Source of the DNA: Polyangiales bacterium
GTDB taxonomy: Bacteria > Myxococcota_A > Polyangia > Polyangiales > Ga0077539
Assembly (NCBI GenBank): GCA_044229975.1
Contig: JBGARZ010000004.1
Location: 32,001-96,000, forward strand
Length of the DNA: 64,000 nucleotides
Direction: 5' to 3'
Position numbers and translations under genes: made by a program. Positions 1 through 8,870 of the stretch are shown in pieces (position 1 is the stretch's first letter; the number at the start of each line of letters is the position of its first letter). Below the pieces are notes generated by a model. The model did not search any database. It saw only the letters and a program-made list of their open reading frames with translations, and was not told where the DNA came from.

Positions 1-625
1 CGACGTGCTCGACGTCATCGACGGGCAGCAGCGCCTGACGACATTGGTGATTCTCCTGGCGACGATCGCGCGCCGTCTGGAGGCGCTCGGTTCGGTGGAG
101 GCACGGGGGTTCGCCCGAGACCTGCGCGAGGCGTTCATCGCAGACGGGGCGGTCCAGAAGCTGACGCCCAACGGAGAGGCGGCGGTCTTCTACCGTGACC
201 ACGTCGTCGGGGACGCGCCCAACCCGCTCCCGGTCAGTGCCCCGGAGAAGGCCATGCTGGCGGCGCGAGTGCAGTTCGAGAAGTTCCTGGACGGCCTGGT
301 CCCGAAGGGCGCCGATGCCGTGGCAGACGCGGCGACGCTCGGTCGCTGGGCGACGCTCATCACCACGCGCCTGGGGTTCCTCCTCTTCGAGGTCGATGAC
401 GAGGCCGACGTCGGGGTGATGTTCGAGGCGATGAACGCTCGCGGCAAGGCGCTTACCCAGTTCGAGCTGGTGAAGAACTACCTGCTGTTCGTCTCTGCGA
501 AGGTATCAACCGGCGACGAGCTCCGTGCCCTCACCGAGGACGTCAACGACACGTGGAAGAAGGCGGTCGCGGCCCTCGACGCGGCGGGCCTGAGCGACGC
601 GGACGACACGTTCCTGCGTTACCAC
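1..625 (+). pseudogene. DUF262 (GmrS-like) 5' part of a GmrSD-type type IV restriction endonuclease; start lies outside the window; interrupted by IS66
   Basis: VIDGQQRLTT and FEAMNARGKALT motifs of DUF262. Removing 626-3292 rejoins the frame as DDTFLRYH|WWIWPR. Confidence 0.9.
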
Positions 626-695
626 GTAAGCACCCGGTCAGGGCCATCTCGCAGGGTCAAGCGCGCGTTCCCACTGTGCGGCCCGGAGGTCCGCC

Positions 696-1106
696 ATGCC
701 GAAGCCCGCTCGTTCACCGACGCCATCCCCCCAGCCCCAGCATCGTCGTCGTCCGCACAATCTTCGCCCCGCTGAAGCGAGACGTCTGCTCCTGGCGTTC
801 GCGCGGAGTGGTCTCTCGCTCGCCGAGTTCGAGCGCCGTCACAACCTCTCTCCCAACCGGCTGATCTGGTGGCGCAAGCGACTCGGCATCGCGGCCCGTG
901 CACCCGACGCGCAGCCCACCCAGGCGTCGGTGACCTTCCTCCCGGTGCGTGTCGCGGTGCCCCCGCGCGCCGCCCCGGCCCCCACCGTCGCGGCGCCGAT
1001 CGAGCTCGTCTTGCCCGACGGGTCGGTCGTCCGCGTGCCCCCCTCCTTCGACGCCTCGACGCTGACCCGACTGCTCGACGTCTTGCGGGAGACCCGCGCG
1101 TGCTGA
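696..1106 (+). CDS. tnpA: IS66 TnpA (HTH accessory protein)
   Basis: SGLSLAEFERRHNLSPNRLIWWRKRL HTH, plus FLPVRV and IELVLPDG motifs. Confidence 0.9.
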   Translation: MPKPARSPTPSPQPQHRRRPHNLRPAEARRLLLAFARSGLSLAEFERRHNLSPNRLIWWRKRLGIAARAPDAQPTQASVTFLPVRVAVPPRAAPAPTVAAPIELVLPDGSVVRVPPSFDASTLTRLLDVLRETRAC

Positions 1107-1471
1107 CGCTCCCGCCGTCGGTTCGCATCTACCTCGCGACGACACCCGTGGACGGACGGCGAGGCATCGACTCGCTCGCCGGCACCGTGCTCTCGGCCAT
1201 GGGACTTCAACCGCTCTCGGGACACGTCTTCTGCTTCATCAGCAAGCGACGTCATCAGATCAAGATTCTCTTCTGGGATCGCACCGGCTTCGTGCTGGTC
1301 ACCAAGCGTCTGGAGCGCGGCTGCTTCCGCCTTCCGCGGGAGATCGCGCCCGGCGCCACGCACCTCGACCTCGAATCGCCTGAGCTCACGCTGATCCTCG
1401 AAGGCATTGACCTTCATCGGTCACGCCGACGAGCACGCTGGACCCCTCCAACCGATATCCAGTCCCGATAA
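1100..1471 (+). CDS. tnpB: IS66 TnpB accessory protein
   Basis: IYLATTPVDGRRGIDSL and IKILFWDRTGFVLVTKRLERGCF; GTG start overlaps the end of tnpA. Confidence 0.92.
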   Translation: MLTLPPSVRIYLATTPVDGRRGIDSLAGTVLSAMGLQPLSGHVFCFISKRRHQIKILFWDRTGFVLVTKRLERGCFRLPREIAPGATHLDLESPELTLILEGIDLHRSRRRARWTPPTDIQSR

Positions 1472-1537
1472 TCGACAACCATACCGAAAGAGCCATTGCC
1501 ACGAGGACGAGGCGGGATTACATCCGCGCCGTCCTCG

Positions 1538-3160
1538 ATGGATCAGCCCACCCACCTCCCCTTGCCCAAGCGCGCCGACGACCTCGACGCCGTGCGCGAG
1601 CACATCGAGAAGATGCTCAAGGCGGGCGACACCACCGGGGCGCTCGACCTGCTCTTCGACCTTCTCTCGCGCCTGCGCAACCACAACGAGGCGACGCAGA
1701 CCCGCCTCCTCGCGGCGCTACGAAAGCTCTACGGGCGAAGCTCCGAGCGGTTCGCGCCCGACGAGCAGGGCATCCTCAATGGCATCCTCGACGATGTCGC
1801 CGCCGCGCAGGCCGAGACGCCCACGACCCCGCCGCCCTCGGGCGATCCACCGAAGGACCCGCCGAGGAAAGCCAGGCCCCACGGACGTGGCGAGATGCCC
1901 GCCAATCTTCCGCAGCGGACGACGCCCGTCGCGTTGACGGAAGAGCAGCGCGTCTGTCCGTGTTGTCGGAAGCCGCTGCGGGTCTTCGGTGTCGAGAGTC
2001 GCTGGTATATCGACTACGAGCCGGGCGCGATCTTCGTGCGCGTGTTCGAGTGCGAGAAGGGCGCCTGCCCGAGCTGCCCCGACGCCGGCGTCGCGCTGGC
2101 CGATGCGCCGTCTCGTCCGATCCCCGGTGCGCAGGTGGGGCCGGGGATGCTGGCACGGGTGCTGGTCGAAAAGGCACAGGACCAGTTGCCGCTCTACCGA
2201 CAACTCGGTCGCTTCAAGCGAGAGGGATTCGACCTCGCCGACTCCACCCTTCAAGGGTGGTGGGATGCGGGGGCGGACAAGCTCGTTCGGTTGATCCCGC
2301 TCTTGCGAGAGGAGCTGCTCCGAGCGCCCGCCGTGGAGATCGACGCGACGCTCCTGCCGGTGCTCGACCGCGACCACCCCAAGGGCCTGCACCTGGGGTC
2401 GATCTGGACCCAGGCCGTGCGCGGGCGCGGCGTGGTCTACGGGTACGAGCACGGCAAGAAGGTCGGCCTCCAGACGGTGATCAAGACGCTGTTGCCGTCG
2501 ACCGACCCGACGGCCCCGGCGAAGACCACACCCCGCTTCGTCATGGACGGCGAGTGGCTGATCGCGCGCGAGCTCGCGGTGCTGGGCAAGCCCCCGCAGT
2601 GCTGCCACATGCACGCGCGCCGCTACTTCGAGAAGGCGTTGCAGGCCAAGGACCTGCGGGCCTCGGTCGCGCTCGGGTACTTCCGCGCGATCTTCGACGT
2701 CGAGCGGCGCGCAAAGGACCTCTCGTCGACCGACCGGCAGGCCCTGCGCGTGGCCGAGAGCGTGCCGGTGTTGGAGGCGTTGAGGGAGTGGATCACCGAG
2801 ACGTGGCCGAGCGCGCCGCCGCGCACGCCGCTCGGGGTGGCGCTGCGGTACACGGCGAATCGATGGATGCAGCTCGGGCTCTTCGTGCTCGATGGCGACC
2901 TGCCGATCGATACCGGCGAGGCGGAGCGTCAACATCGCCGCATCGCGCTCGGCCGCAAGAACTACCTCTTCGCCGGAAGCGATGCCGGAGCGGTGCGGCT
3001 GTGCACGGTGCTCTCGCTCTGCGGGTGCTGCCACATGCTCGGCATCGACCCGTGGCAGTACCTGCGCGACGTGCTCGACCGGATGCCCGACGGGATCACC
3101 GACGAGGCGCTGCGCGCACTCCTGCCGATGAACTGGAAGAAGGTCTCGACGGACCCGTAG
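1538..3160 (+). CDS. tnpC: IS66 TnpC DDE transposase
   Basis: LYGRSSER, CPCC...CPSC Zn ribbon, LPLYRQ, CHMHARRYF, LGRKNYLFAGSDAG, IDPWQYLRDVL, LLPMNW. Confidence 0.95.
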   Translation: MDQPTHLPLPKRADDLDAVREHIEKMLKAGDTTGALDLLFDLLSRLRNHNEATQTRLLAALRKLYGRSSERFAPDEQGILNGILDDVAAAQAETPTTPPPSGDPPKDPPRKARPHGRGEMPANLPQRTTPVALTEEQRVCPCCRKPLRVFGVESRWYIDYEPGAIFVRVFECEKGACPSCPDAGVALADAPSRPIPGAQVGPGMLARVLVEKAQDQLPLYRQLGRFKREGFDLADSTLQGWWDAGADKLVRLIPLLREELLRAPAVEIDATLLPVLDRDHPKGLHLGSIWTQAVRGRGVVYGYEHGKKVGLQTVIKTLLPSTDPTAPAKTTPRFVMDGEWLIARELAVLGKPPQCCHMHARRYFEKALQAKDLRASVALGYFRAIFDVERRAKDLSSTDRQALRVAESVPVLEALREWITETWPSAPPRTPLGVALRYTANRWMQLGLFVLDGDLPIDTGEAERQHRRIALGRKNYLFAGSDAGAVRLCTVLSLCGCCHMLGIDPWQYLRDVLDRMPDGITDEALRALLPMNWKKVSTDP

Positions 3161-3284
3161 TCCGACGAGCCAGGCGACCAGCGGCGAGAGAACGACGAGA
3201 GCGAGGAGGAGGGCGATCGGGATCACGCCACGAAGGTGGGGTCGCCGTCAGGTGCCCGCGAGATGGCCTACGCCGGGCGCTTAC

Positions 3285-4297
3285 GTTACCACTGGTGGAT
3301 CTGGCCGCGCGCCAAGGGCCTGGACGGCGAACCCGTGTGGAAGACGAGCAACGTTCACCGGGCGTTGAAAGAGGTGATCCGGGTGAAGGACGGCAACGCC
3401 GTCGCCCCTGGCCGGATCCGCGAATACCTGGGCGACCTGCGTGGGGCCATCCGCCCCTTCGTCGACCTGTCGCGGCCGGCAAACGCGCGGGCCTTCGAGT
3501 ACGCGGGCGCGTCACGCGGCGCCCTGGTCGAGCGCGCACTCGGCATCCGGCGCCTCGGGCGCAGCGCCGTGGTGCTCCCGCTGCTCATGGCGGCGGTGAT
3601 GCGCCTCGGGGGCGACGGGCCCGGCCTCGCGGAGGTGCTGCGGCTGGCGGAGACCTTCGTGTTCCGCCTCGCGCTCCAGGAGATGAAGTCGAACACCGGC
3701 ACCGCGGTGATGATGGGTCTCGCGCGCGACATCCGCGGCGGGCCGATGACCGCGGCGGCCATCCACACGCGGCTCCGGGAAGAGATCCAGGACTACGCTC
3801 CCGACAAGGAGGTCGAGCGATCACTCCTCGAAGCTGATGGCAGCAAGGACGATGGCAAATTCTTCGAGTGGGGCCACCTCCCGCACCTCCTCTTCGAGTA
3901 CGAGCGCTCGCTTGTGGCAGGCGCCGCGCAGAAGATGATCTACGACTGGGACGCCTTCTATGCGAAGTGGCGAGAGTCCATCGAGCACATCCTGCCGCAG
4001 GGGGACAACACGTTGGGCGTGCCGTACTGGGGGCAGCGGTTCATGCCGGATGGCCTGAGGCGCAACCGGCACCGTCTCGGCAATCTCACGCTGACGGAGT
4101 GGAACTCCTCCTACGGCAACCGCGGCTTCGACCAGAAGTGTGGCGCTCCGGGCGCGCCGACCGATGCGAAGGTCTATCGGAACTCACGGTTCCACTGCGA
4201 GAAGGAGCTCGTCGACGAGGCGAACTGGGACGAGGCCGCGATCGACCGGCGGCAGAAGCGCATCGCCGACTTCGCGATGAAGCGTTGGAGCGCGTAG
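3285..4297 (+). pseudogene. DUF1524 (GmrD-like HNH) 3' part of the IS-split GmrSD gene
   Basis: SIEHILPQ ... HRLGNLTL ... WNSSYGN motif of DUF1524; in frame with the 5' half once the IS is removed. Confidence 0.9.
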
Positions 4298-4310
4298 AAG
4301 GGCAATACCC

Positions 4311-4604
4311 ATGGCGAAGATCCAGCAGTGCCTCATCGACATCGAGCTCGCGAACTCGCTGCACCACCTCGTGCAGGCGTTGGGGCTCAAGACGCCCGGC
4401 GGCGCGCTCGGCTTCCGCTGCCCGGAGTGCGAGCAGGCGGTGCGGCCGCACGGCGGGGAGCATCCCCACTTCGAGCACGTCGAGCGCAACCCGGCGTGCG
4501 GCCTGAGCCACAAGCTGCCGGCGTCGACGAAGTCCCCGTCGCCCGCGGGCTCCGCGTCGGGTGAGGGCGGCGCCGACGTTGCTGGACCGACGCCCACGAC
4601 GTGA
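4311..4604 (+). CDS. Small Zn-ribbon protein (CoiA N-terminal-like)
   Basis: FRCPEC...HPHFEH...C motif; starts 13 bp after the gmrSD stop. Confidence 0.6.
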   Translation: MAKIQQCLIDIELANSLHHLVQALGLKTPGGALGFRCPECEQAVRPHGGEHPHFEHVERNPACGLSHKLPASTKSPSPAGSASGEGGADVAGPTPTT

Positions 4605-4841
4605 CGGAGACGCGTCTCGCTCGTCGCGTTGCAGGGATATCAGGGCACAGAGCGGGATGTATGACTGCGGGCGTGGTCGTCGCGCGCCGCGCTGACGTCG
4701 CGGCGTGGGTGTGGCCAGGGCTGGTAAGGGGCACGACCGCCACCCGCCGCCGCCACCCCGCCGCCACCCGTCGCCACCTCACGCACGCTGTGTTTCTCGT
4801 GCACTCCGCGCGGCACGCCTGCTGCTCAGCGCCGATGCTTC

Positions 4842-5744
4842 ATGGGCGAGCAACGCACCCCCTGGCACCACTTCTTCGGGCTCCTGCTCGCCGAGAAGGC
4901 ACCCCGCTGCTTCGAGGTGCAGCCCGAGGTTGCGCTCACGCAGGCGGTGCAGCGCATCGACTACCTCTTGCTGCGTCGCCGCCCGTGGGAGGCACCGCCC
5001 GACCGCGGCGAGACCCTCGTCGACCTGTGGCCCGAGCTCCCGCGCGTCACCATCGGCGAGTACAAGAGCGCCGTTCGACAATACCGCCGCGGGGAGATCC
5101 ACCGCCTCCTCGGCTACGGCCACCAGTACGCCAGCGAGCACGTCGACGAGCTCATCGCCGCGGAGCTCGCGGTTGCGCTCCTGGTCGCCTCTCGCAACGA
5201 GGCGCTCGACGACGACCTGCGACGCCTCGGCGCCCGCGAGCGCTCGTTGGGCGGCGGGTACACTCGCGTCGAGGGGCTCTTCTTCCCGTTGTTGCTCGTC
5301 GACCTCACGGGCGTGGCGAGGCGCGACCGCGACGACTTCGTCGCTCTCTTCGCCGAGCAGGCGCCCATCCCCGTCGAGGCGAAGGTCTGGTGGTACGCTC
5401 ACTTCGGAACCCGAACGGAGGTCATGATGGATGCCAAGCAGATGGAGGAGTTCAGGGCGTTGGAGCGGCGGTTCATCGACTCCCTGCCCATCGAAGATCG
5501 ACTCGCCGGGCTCGACCCCATGGATGTTGTTCGCGCGCTGAAGCCTGAGCAACGCCTCGCCGGGCTCGGCCCCGAGCAACGCCTCGCCGGGCTCGGCCCC
5601 GAGCAGCGCCTCGCCGGACTCACCGACGCCGAAGCCGTGCTCGCCATGCCCGACGCCGTGCTCGCGGGCCTCACCGAGGCCTTCGTCGACGCGCTCCCCG
5701 ACGACGTCCGAGCCCGCGTCCGAGCCCGTCGCGCCGCCCGCTGA
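4842..5744 (+). CDS. PD-(D/E)XK-fold, Rpn-like protein with C-terminal PEQRLAGL repeats
   Basis: EVQPEV...RIDYLLLR...IGEYKS nuclease-like motif set; repeated helical C-terminus. Confidence 0.7.
   Translation: MGEQRTPWHHFFGLLLAEKAPRCFEVQPEVALTQAVQRIDYLLLRRRPWEAPPDRGETLVDLWPELPRVTIGEYKSAVRQYRRGEIHRLLGYGHQYASEHVDELIAAELAVALLVASRNEALDDDLRRLGARERSLGGGYTRVEGLFFPLLLVDLTGVARRDRDDFVALFAEQAPIPVEAKVWWYAHFGTRTEVMMDAKQMEEFRALERRFIDSLPIEDRLAGLDPMDVVRALKPEQRLAGLGPEQRLAGLGPEQRLAGLTDAEAVLAMPDAVLAGLTEAFVDALPDDVRARVRARRAAR
5544..5624 (+). repeat. 27-bp coding tandem repeat x3 (PEQRLAGLG)
   Basis: Units of the type cccgagcaacgcctcgccgggctcggc. Confidence 0.9.
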
Positions 5745-5811
5745 CCCGTCGCGCACCGCGGCGCTGGGCCCCGTTGACACCTCGGCCGTGTCTCGGCGAC
5801 ACCCTCGGATC

Positions 5812-6366
5812 ATGTGCCGCACCCTGTTGTTTTGTTCGATCGTGACCCTCCTCGCGTGCAGCGCGAGCAGCGACCGGGGACTCGGCGGCGATGCCGGGCG
5901 CGCCGACGCCGGGTCGAACCCCGTCGCCGACACGGGCGGCACCACGGCGCTGTGCACCAACACCTGCTCGTCGGCCAGCGATGGTGAGTGCGACGACGGC
6001 GGCCCTGGGTCGCTCTTCTCGGTGTGCGCGCTCGGGACGGACTGTGCCGACTGCGGCCCGCGCGGCGGCGGAACCTGTACGCCCAACTGCGCCGGTCGGA
6101 CCTGCGGCTCCAACGGCTGTGGCGGAACCTGCGGTCCAGGGTGCCCGAGCGGATCGACCTGCATGGCCAACGGCACCTGCACGATGGCCCCGAGCTGCGC
6201 CGTCGCCGGTCAGCCGTGCGTCACCGGTGGCGACTGCTGCACCGACCTGACGTGCCGGTTTGACACCAACACCTGCGCGACCTGCCTCGGCATCGGCGCC
6301 GACTGCGCCAGCGGCAACGATTGCTGCACAGGGGTCTGCCGCGGGTTTCAGTGCGAGAGCCGCTGA
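5812..6366 (+). CDS. Cys-rich lipoprotein
   Basis: Signal peptide with lipobox LLAC; CDDGGPGS and CGSNGCGGTCG Cys repeats. Confidence 0.8.
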   Translation: MCRTLLFCSIVTLLACSASSDRGLGGDAGRADAGSNPVADTGGTTALCTNTCSSASDGECDDGGPGSLFSVCALGTDCADCGPRGGGTCTPNCAGRTCGSNGCGGTCGPGCPSGSTCMANGTCTMAPSCAVAGQPCVTGGDCCTDLTCRFDTNTCATCLGIGADCASGNDCCTGVCRGFQCESR

Positions 6367-6444
6367 CGCGCGACGAGCGGGCGCGGCGACCGCGTGGTCG
6401 CTGGTCCCTGCAAGGGAGCCGAGAAGTGTTCTAGAAGTGGTGGG

Positions 6445-7140
6445 ATGAGCACCCCGACGGCCTCGCCGTTTCGCGCCCTCATCATCGGAGGCACTGGCCA
6501 GGTCGGCGCCGCGGCGGTGCGCGCGCTCTCGTCCGAGCCGTCGTGCGTGGAGGTCGTCATGGTCAACCGCCGCTCGGTCGATCTGGTGTCGGCAACGCGC
6601 GTGCGGCAGGTGGTTCTCGACACGGGCGCGCCGACGTTTCCGGCCGCGGTCACCGAGCTCGCGCGGTCGATGGTCGCGCTGGGTGATCGCGTCTGCGGGG
6701 CCTCGTGCGTCGGCGTCGGAGCCGGGAGCGCGAAGTGGAGCGAGGCCGACCTCATCGCGCTCGAAGTCGGCGTCGTCGGCGGGTTCGCCCGCGGGTGCCA
6801 CGACGGGGGCGTGAGGCACTTCGGGCTGCTCTCGGCGGTCGGGAGCAGCGCGACGAGCATGTTTCGCTACGTGCGCGTCATGGGCCTGAAGGAGGACGCC
6901 GTGCGCGCCATCGGCTTCGAGCGCCTCGCGCTGTTTCGGCCGGGCATCATCGGCGGCAACGCCCACACCCCGCGCGCGGTCGACTGGGTAGGGAGGATGA
7001 TCCCGGGCGGGTTTGGCACCGTCGATCAGGACGATATCGGCAGGGCATTCGCCGCCGAGTTCGCGCGCGGGGCAGGTGGCGGCGGTGAGGTGTCGCTCGA
7101 AAACGGGGCGATGCGGGAGCTCGCCCGCGCGACGCGGTAG
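6445..7140 (+). CDS. NAD(P)-binding Rossmann protein (atypical SDR, TIP30/YraR-like)
   Basis: ALIIGGTGQVG, LLSAVGS, YVRVMG, FRPGII. Confidence 0.85.
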   Translation: MSTPTASPFRALIIGGTGQVGAAAVRALSSEPSCVEVVMVNRRSVDLVSATRVRQVVLDTGAPTFPAAVTELARSMVALGDRVCGASCVGVGAGSAKWSEADLIALEVGVVGGFARGCHDGGVRHFGLLSAVGSSATSMFRYVRVMGLKEDAVRAIGFERLALFRPGIIGGNAHTPRAVDWVGRMIPGGFGTVDQDDIGRAFAAEFARGAGGGGEVSLENGAMRELARATR

Positions 7141-7201
7141 CGCCCGGAAAGGTGAAAAGCTGAGTCCGTCCCCAAGGGGACCTCCGCAGGCGCTGACACG
7201 C

Positions 7202-8647
7202 TCACAGCCCGTGACGGAAGACCGAGTACAGCGAGCGGTTGACCAGGAAGCCGTACGCGAAGGCGCCGCGCACGACGATGCGGCCCAATGGGGTTCCGGG
7301 GAGCCCCAGCGGGAGGCGGGTCTCGTCGATGGGGAGGGTGCGGGAGATCCCGAAGAGCCCGCCGTTGGAGCCGATGAGGCACCGCGGGGTGAGGCCCAGG
7401 AAGGTCCCGTCGCCGAAGCCGCTGGAGAAGCGGCTCGCGGTGCTCCCCGGCGCGTACTGCACCACCTCGGCGGGCGAGGAGGAGTGGAAGAAGACGGTCG
7501 CGCCGTCGAAGGCGAGGTTCGTGTAGGTGGCCGCCGTGCACCCGCCGGCGGTGGGCCCGTACACCACGGTGGGCGCCAGCGAGGTCGGCGCCGTGGGCCC
7601 GGCGTCGTAGCGCACCACCCGGAAGCAGCCCGTCGTCCCGAGGGTCTGCTGCGTGGCGACGTAGAGAACCCCGTCGGCGACGCCCATGTCGACGATGCGC
7701 TCGGAGCTTCGCCCGCGGTAGTCCAGATCGCCCCGGACCTGGATCCGCTGGCCGTCGAGGTCGGCGCGGATGATCGTCGCGCCGCTGGCGTCCTCCTCCG
7801 CCCAGAAGATTCCGTCAGGGCCGAGCGCGAAGCTCGGGATGTACTCCGTGCTCCCGCGGATGAGCTCGGGCATCGCCGTCGTGAAGCCGGCGATCGGGAG
7901 GCGGTAGATCGAGCTCGTTGTGCCGGTGACCGCGAAGTAGAGGTGGGTCGCGCTCAGCGCGATGTGCGGAACGCCCGGGCGGGGCAGCGAGCCCACGGTC
8001 GTCCCGTCGAGGCGCGCGAGCGTGAGGGCGGTGCCGTCGCTCCAGGCGGCGTGCGTGTCGTTTACGGCGAGCCGCAGCAACGTCGCCGTGCCGCTCCCAG
8101 AGCCGAGGACCGAGGTGGTCCCGGTGGTGGGCAGCCGCATCGAGCAGCTCGCGCCGCTCGCGCCGGTATCGGTTGAGGGCATCCCCACATCGGGAGCGCT
8201 CATCCCGATATCGCTGGGCATCCCCACATCGGGAGCGCTCATCCCGACATCGCTGGGCATCCCCACATCGGGAGCGCTCATCCCGACATCGCCGGGCGCT
8301 CCGGCGTCGGCGCCCGCATCGACCTGACCCGCATCGGGCACCCGATCGCAGCGCATCGTGGTGGGGTTGCAGCGCTCCCCCGGGTAGCAGGCCGATCCTC
8401 CGCACGGCTGGTAGCAGCCCGTCACGTCGCTGCACATGTAGCCCTGCGAACACGCGGCGTAGTCGCCGCTCGACGCAGGCAGCGCGCAGCGCGGGGTGCA
8501 GACCGAGACGCCCTTCCCCACCCGCACGAGCCCCGCGGGGCAAGGTCCGGTCGGCCCCATTCCCGTGCTGTCGCAGGTCGACGCCATCGAGGCCGCGGCG
8601 AGGAGCGTCAGCGAGAGCGAGCGCAGCGATGCAGCAGCGCGGCTCAC
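7202..8647 (-). CDS. Secreted protein or lipoprotein: Cys-rich module, repeat linker, beta-propeller-like C-terminus (start uncertain)
   Basis: Hydrophobic signal ending ASTC; LAVNDTHAAWS, IALSATHLYFA and FALGPDGIFWA blade-like repeats. Confidence 0.7.
   Translation of the reverse strand: MSRAAASLRSLSLTLLAAASMASTCDSTGMGPTGPCPAGLVRVGKGVSVCTPRCALPASSGDYAACSQGYMCSDVTGCYQPCGGSACYPGERCNPTTMRCDRVPDAGQVDAGADAGAPGDVGMSAPDVGMPSDVGMSAPDVGMPSDIGMSAPDVGMPSTDTGASGASCSMRLPTTGTTSVLGSGSGTATLLRLAVNDTHAAWSDGTALTLARLDGTTVGSLPRPGVPHIALSATHLYFAVTGTTSSIYRLPIAGFTTAMPELIRGSTEYIPSFALGPDGIFWAEEDASGATIIRADLDGQRIQVRGDLDYRGRSSERIVDMGVADGVLYVATQQTLGTTGCFRVVRYDAGPTAPTSLAPTVVYGPTAGGCTAATYTNLAFDGATVFFHSSSPAEVVQYAPGSTASRFSSGFGDGTFLGLTPRCLIGSNGGLFGISRTLPIDETRLPLGLPGTPLGRIVVRGAFAYGFLVNRSLYSVFRHGL
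8177..8292 (-). repeat. 39-bp coding tandem repeat x3 (DVGMSAPDVGMPS)
   Basis: Units of the type gggcatccccacatcgggagcgctcatcccgacatcgct. Confidence 0.9.
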
Positions 8648-8870
8648 GGCGTCCACCGCGTCAAGGCGACGGACAGGAATGGGAGGGTCGACGTGACGGG
8701 TCTCATGGGTTGCGCGCGCTCCTGTCGGTGGTCCCCCGTTGAGGCGCGACGTGACCTCCGGGAGAGACACCCGATCGGCGTGTATGTCGCCGCCCGGGGA
8801 GATTTTCTGAACGGGAGGCTCATCGCCAATCCCTCCCCACGGGCCGACGCGCGGTGCCGCTCTCCGGCGC

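Larger units (their letters stand above)
626..3284 (+). mobile_element. IS66-family insertion sequence, 2659 bp
   Basis: GTAAG...CTTAC termini, 27-bp imperfect terminal IRs (22/27 match), 8-bp target duplication GTTACCAC at 618-625 and 3285-3292, tnpA-tnpB-tnpC order. Confidence 0.97.

Noticed and set aside
4735..4780. GCCACCC short direct repeats as operator or iteron sites
   Set aside because: Low complexity with irregular spacing.
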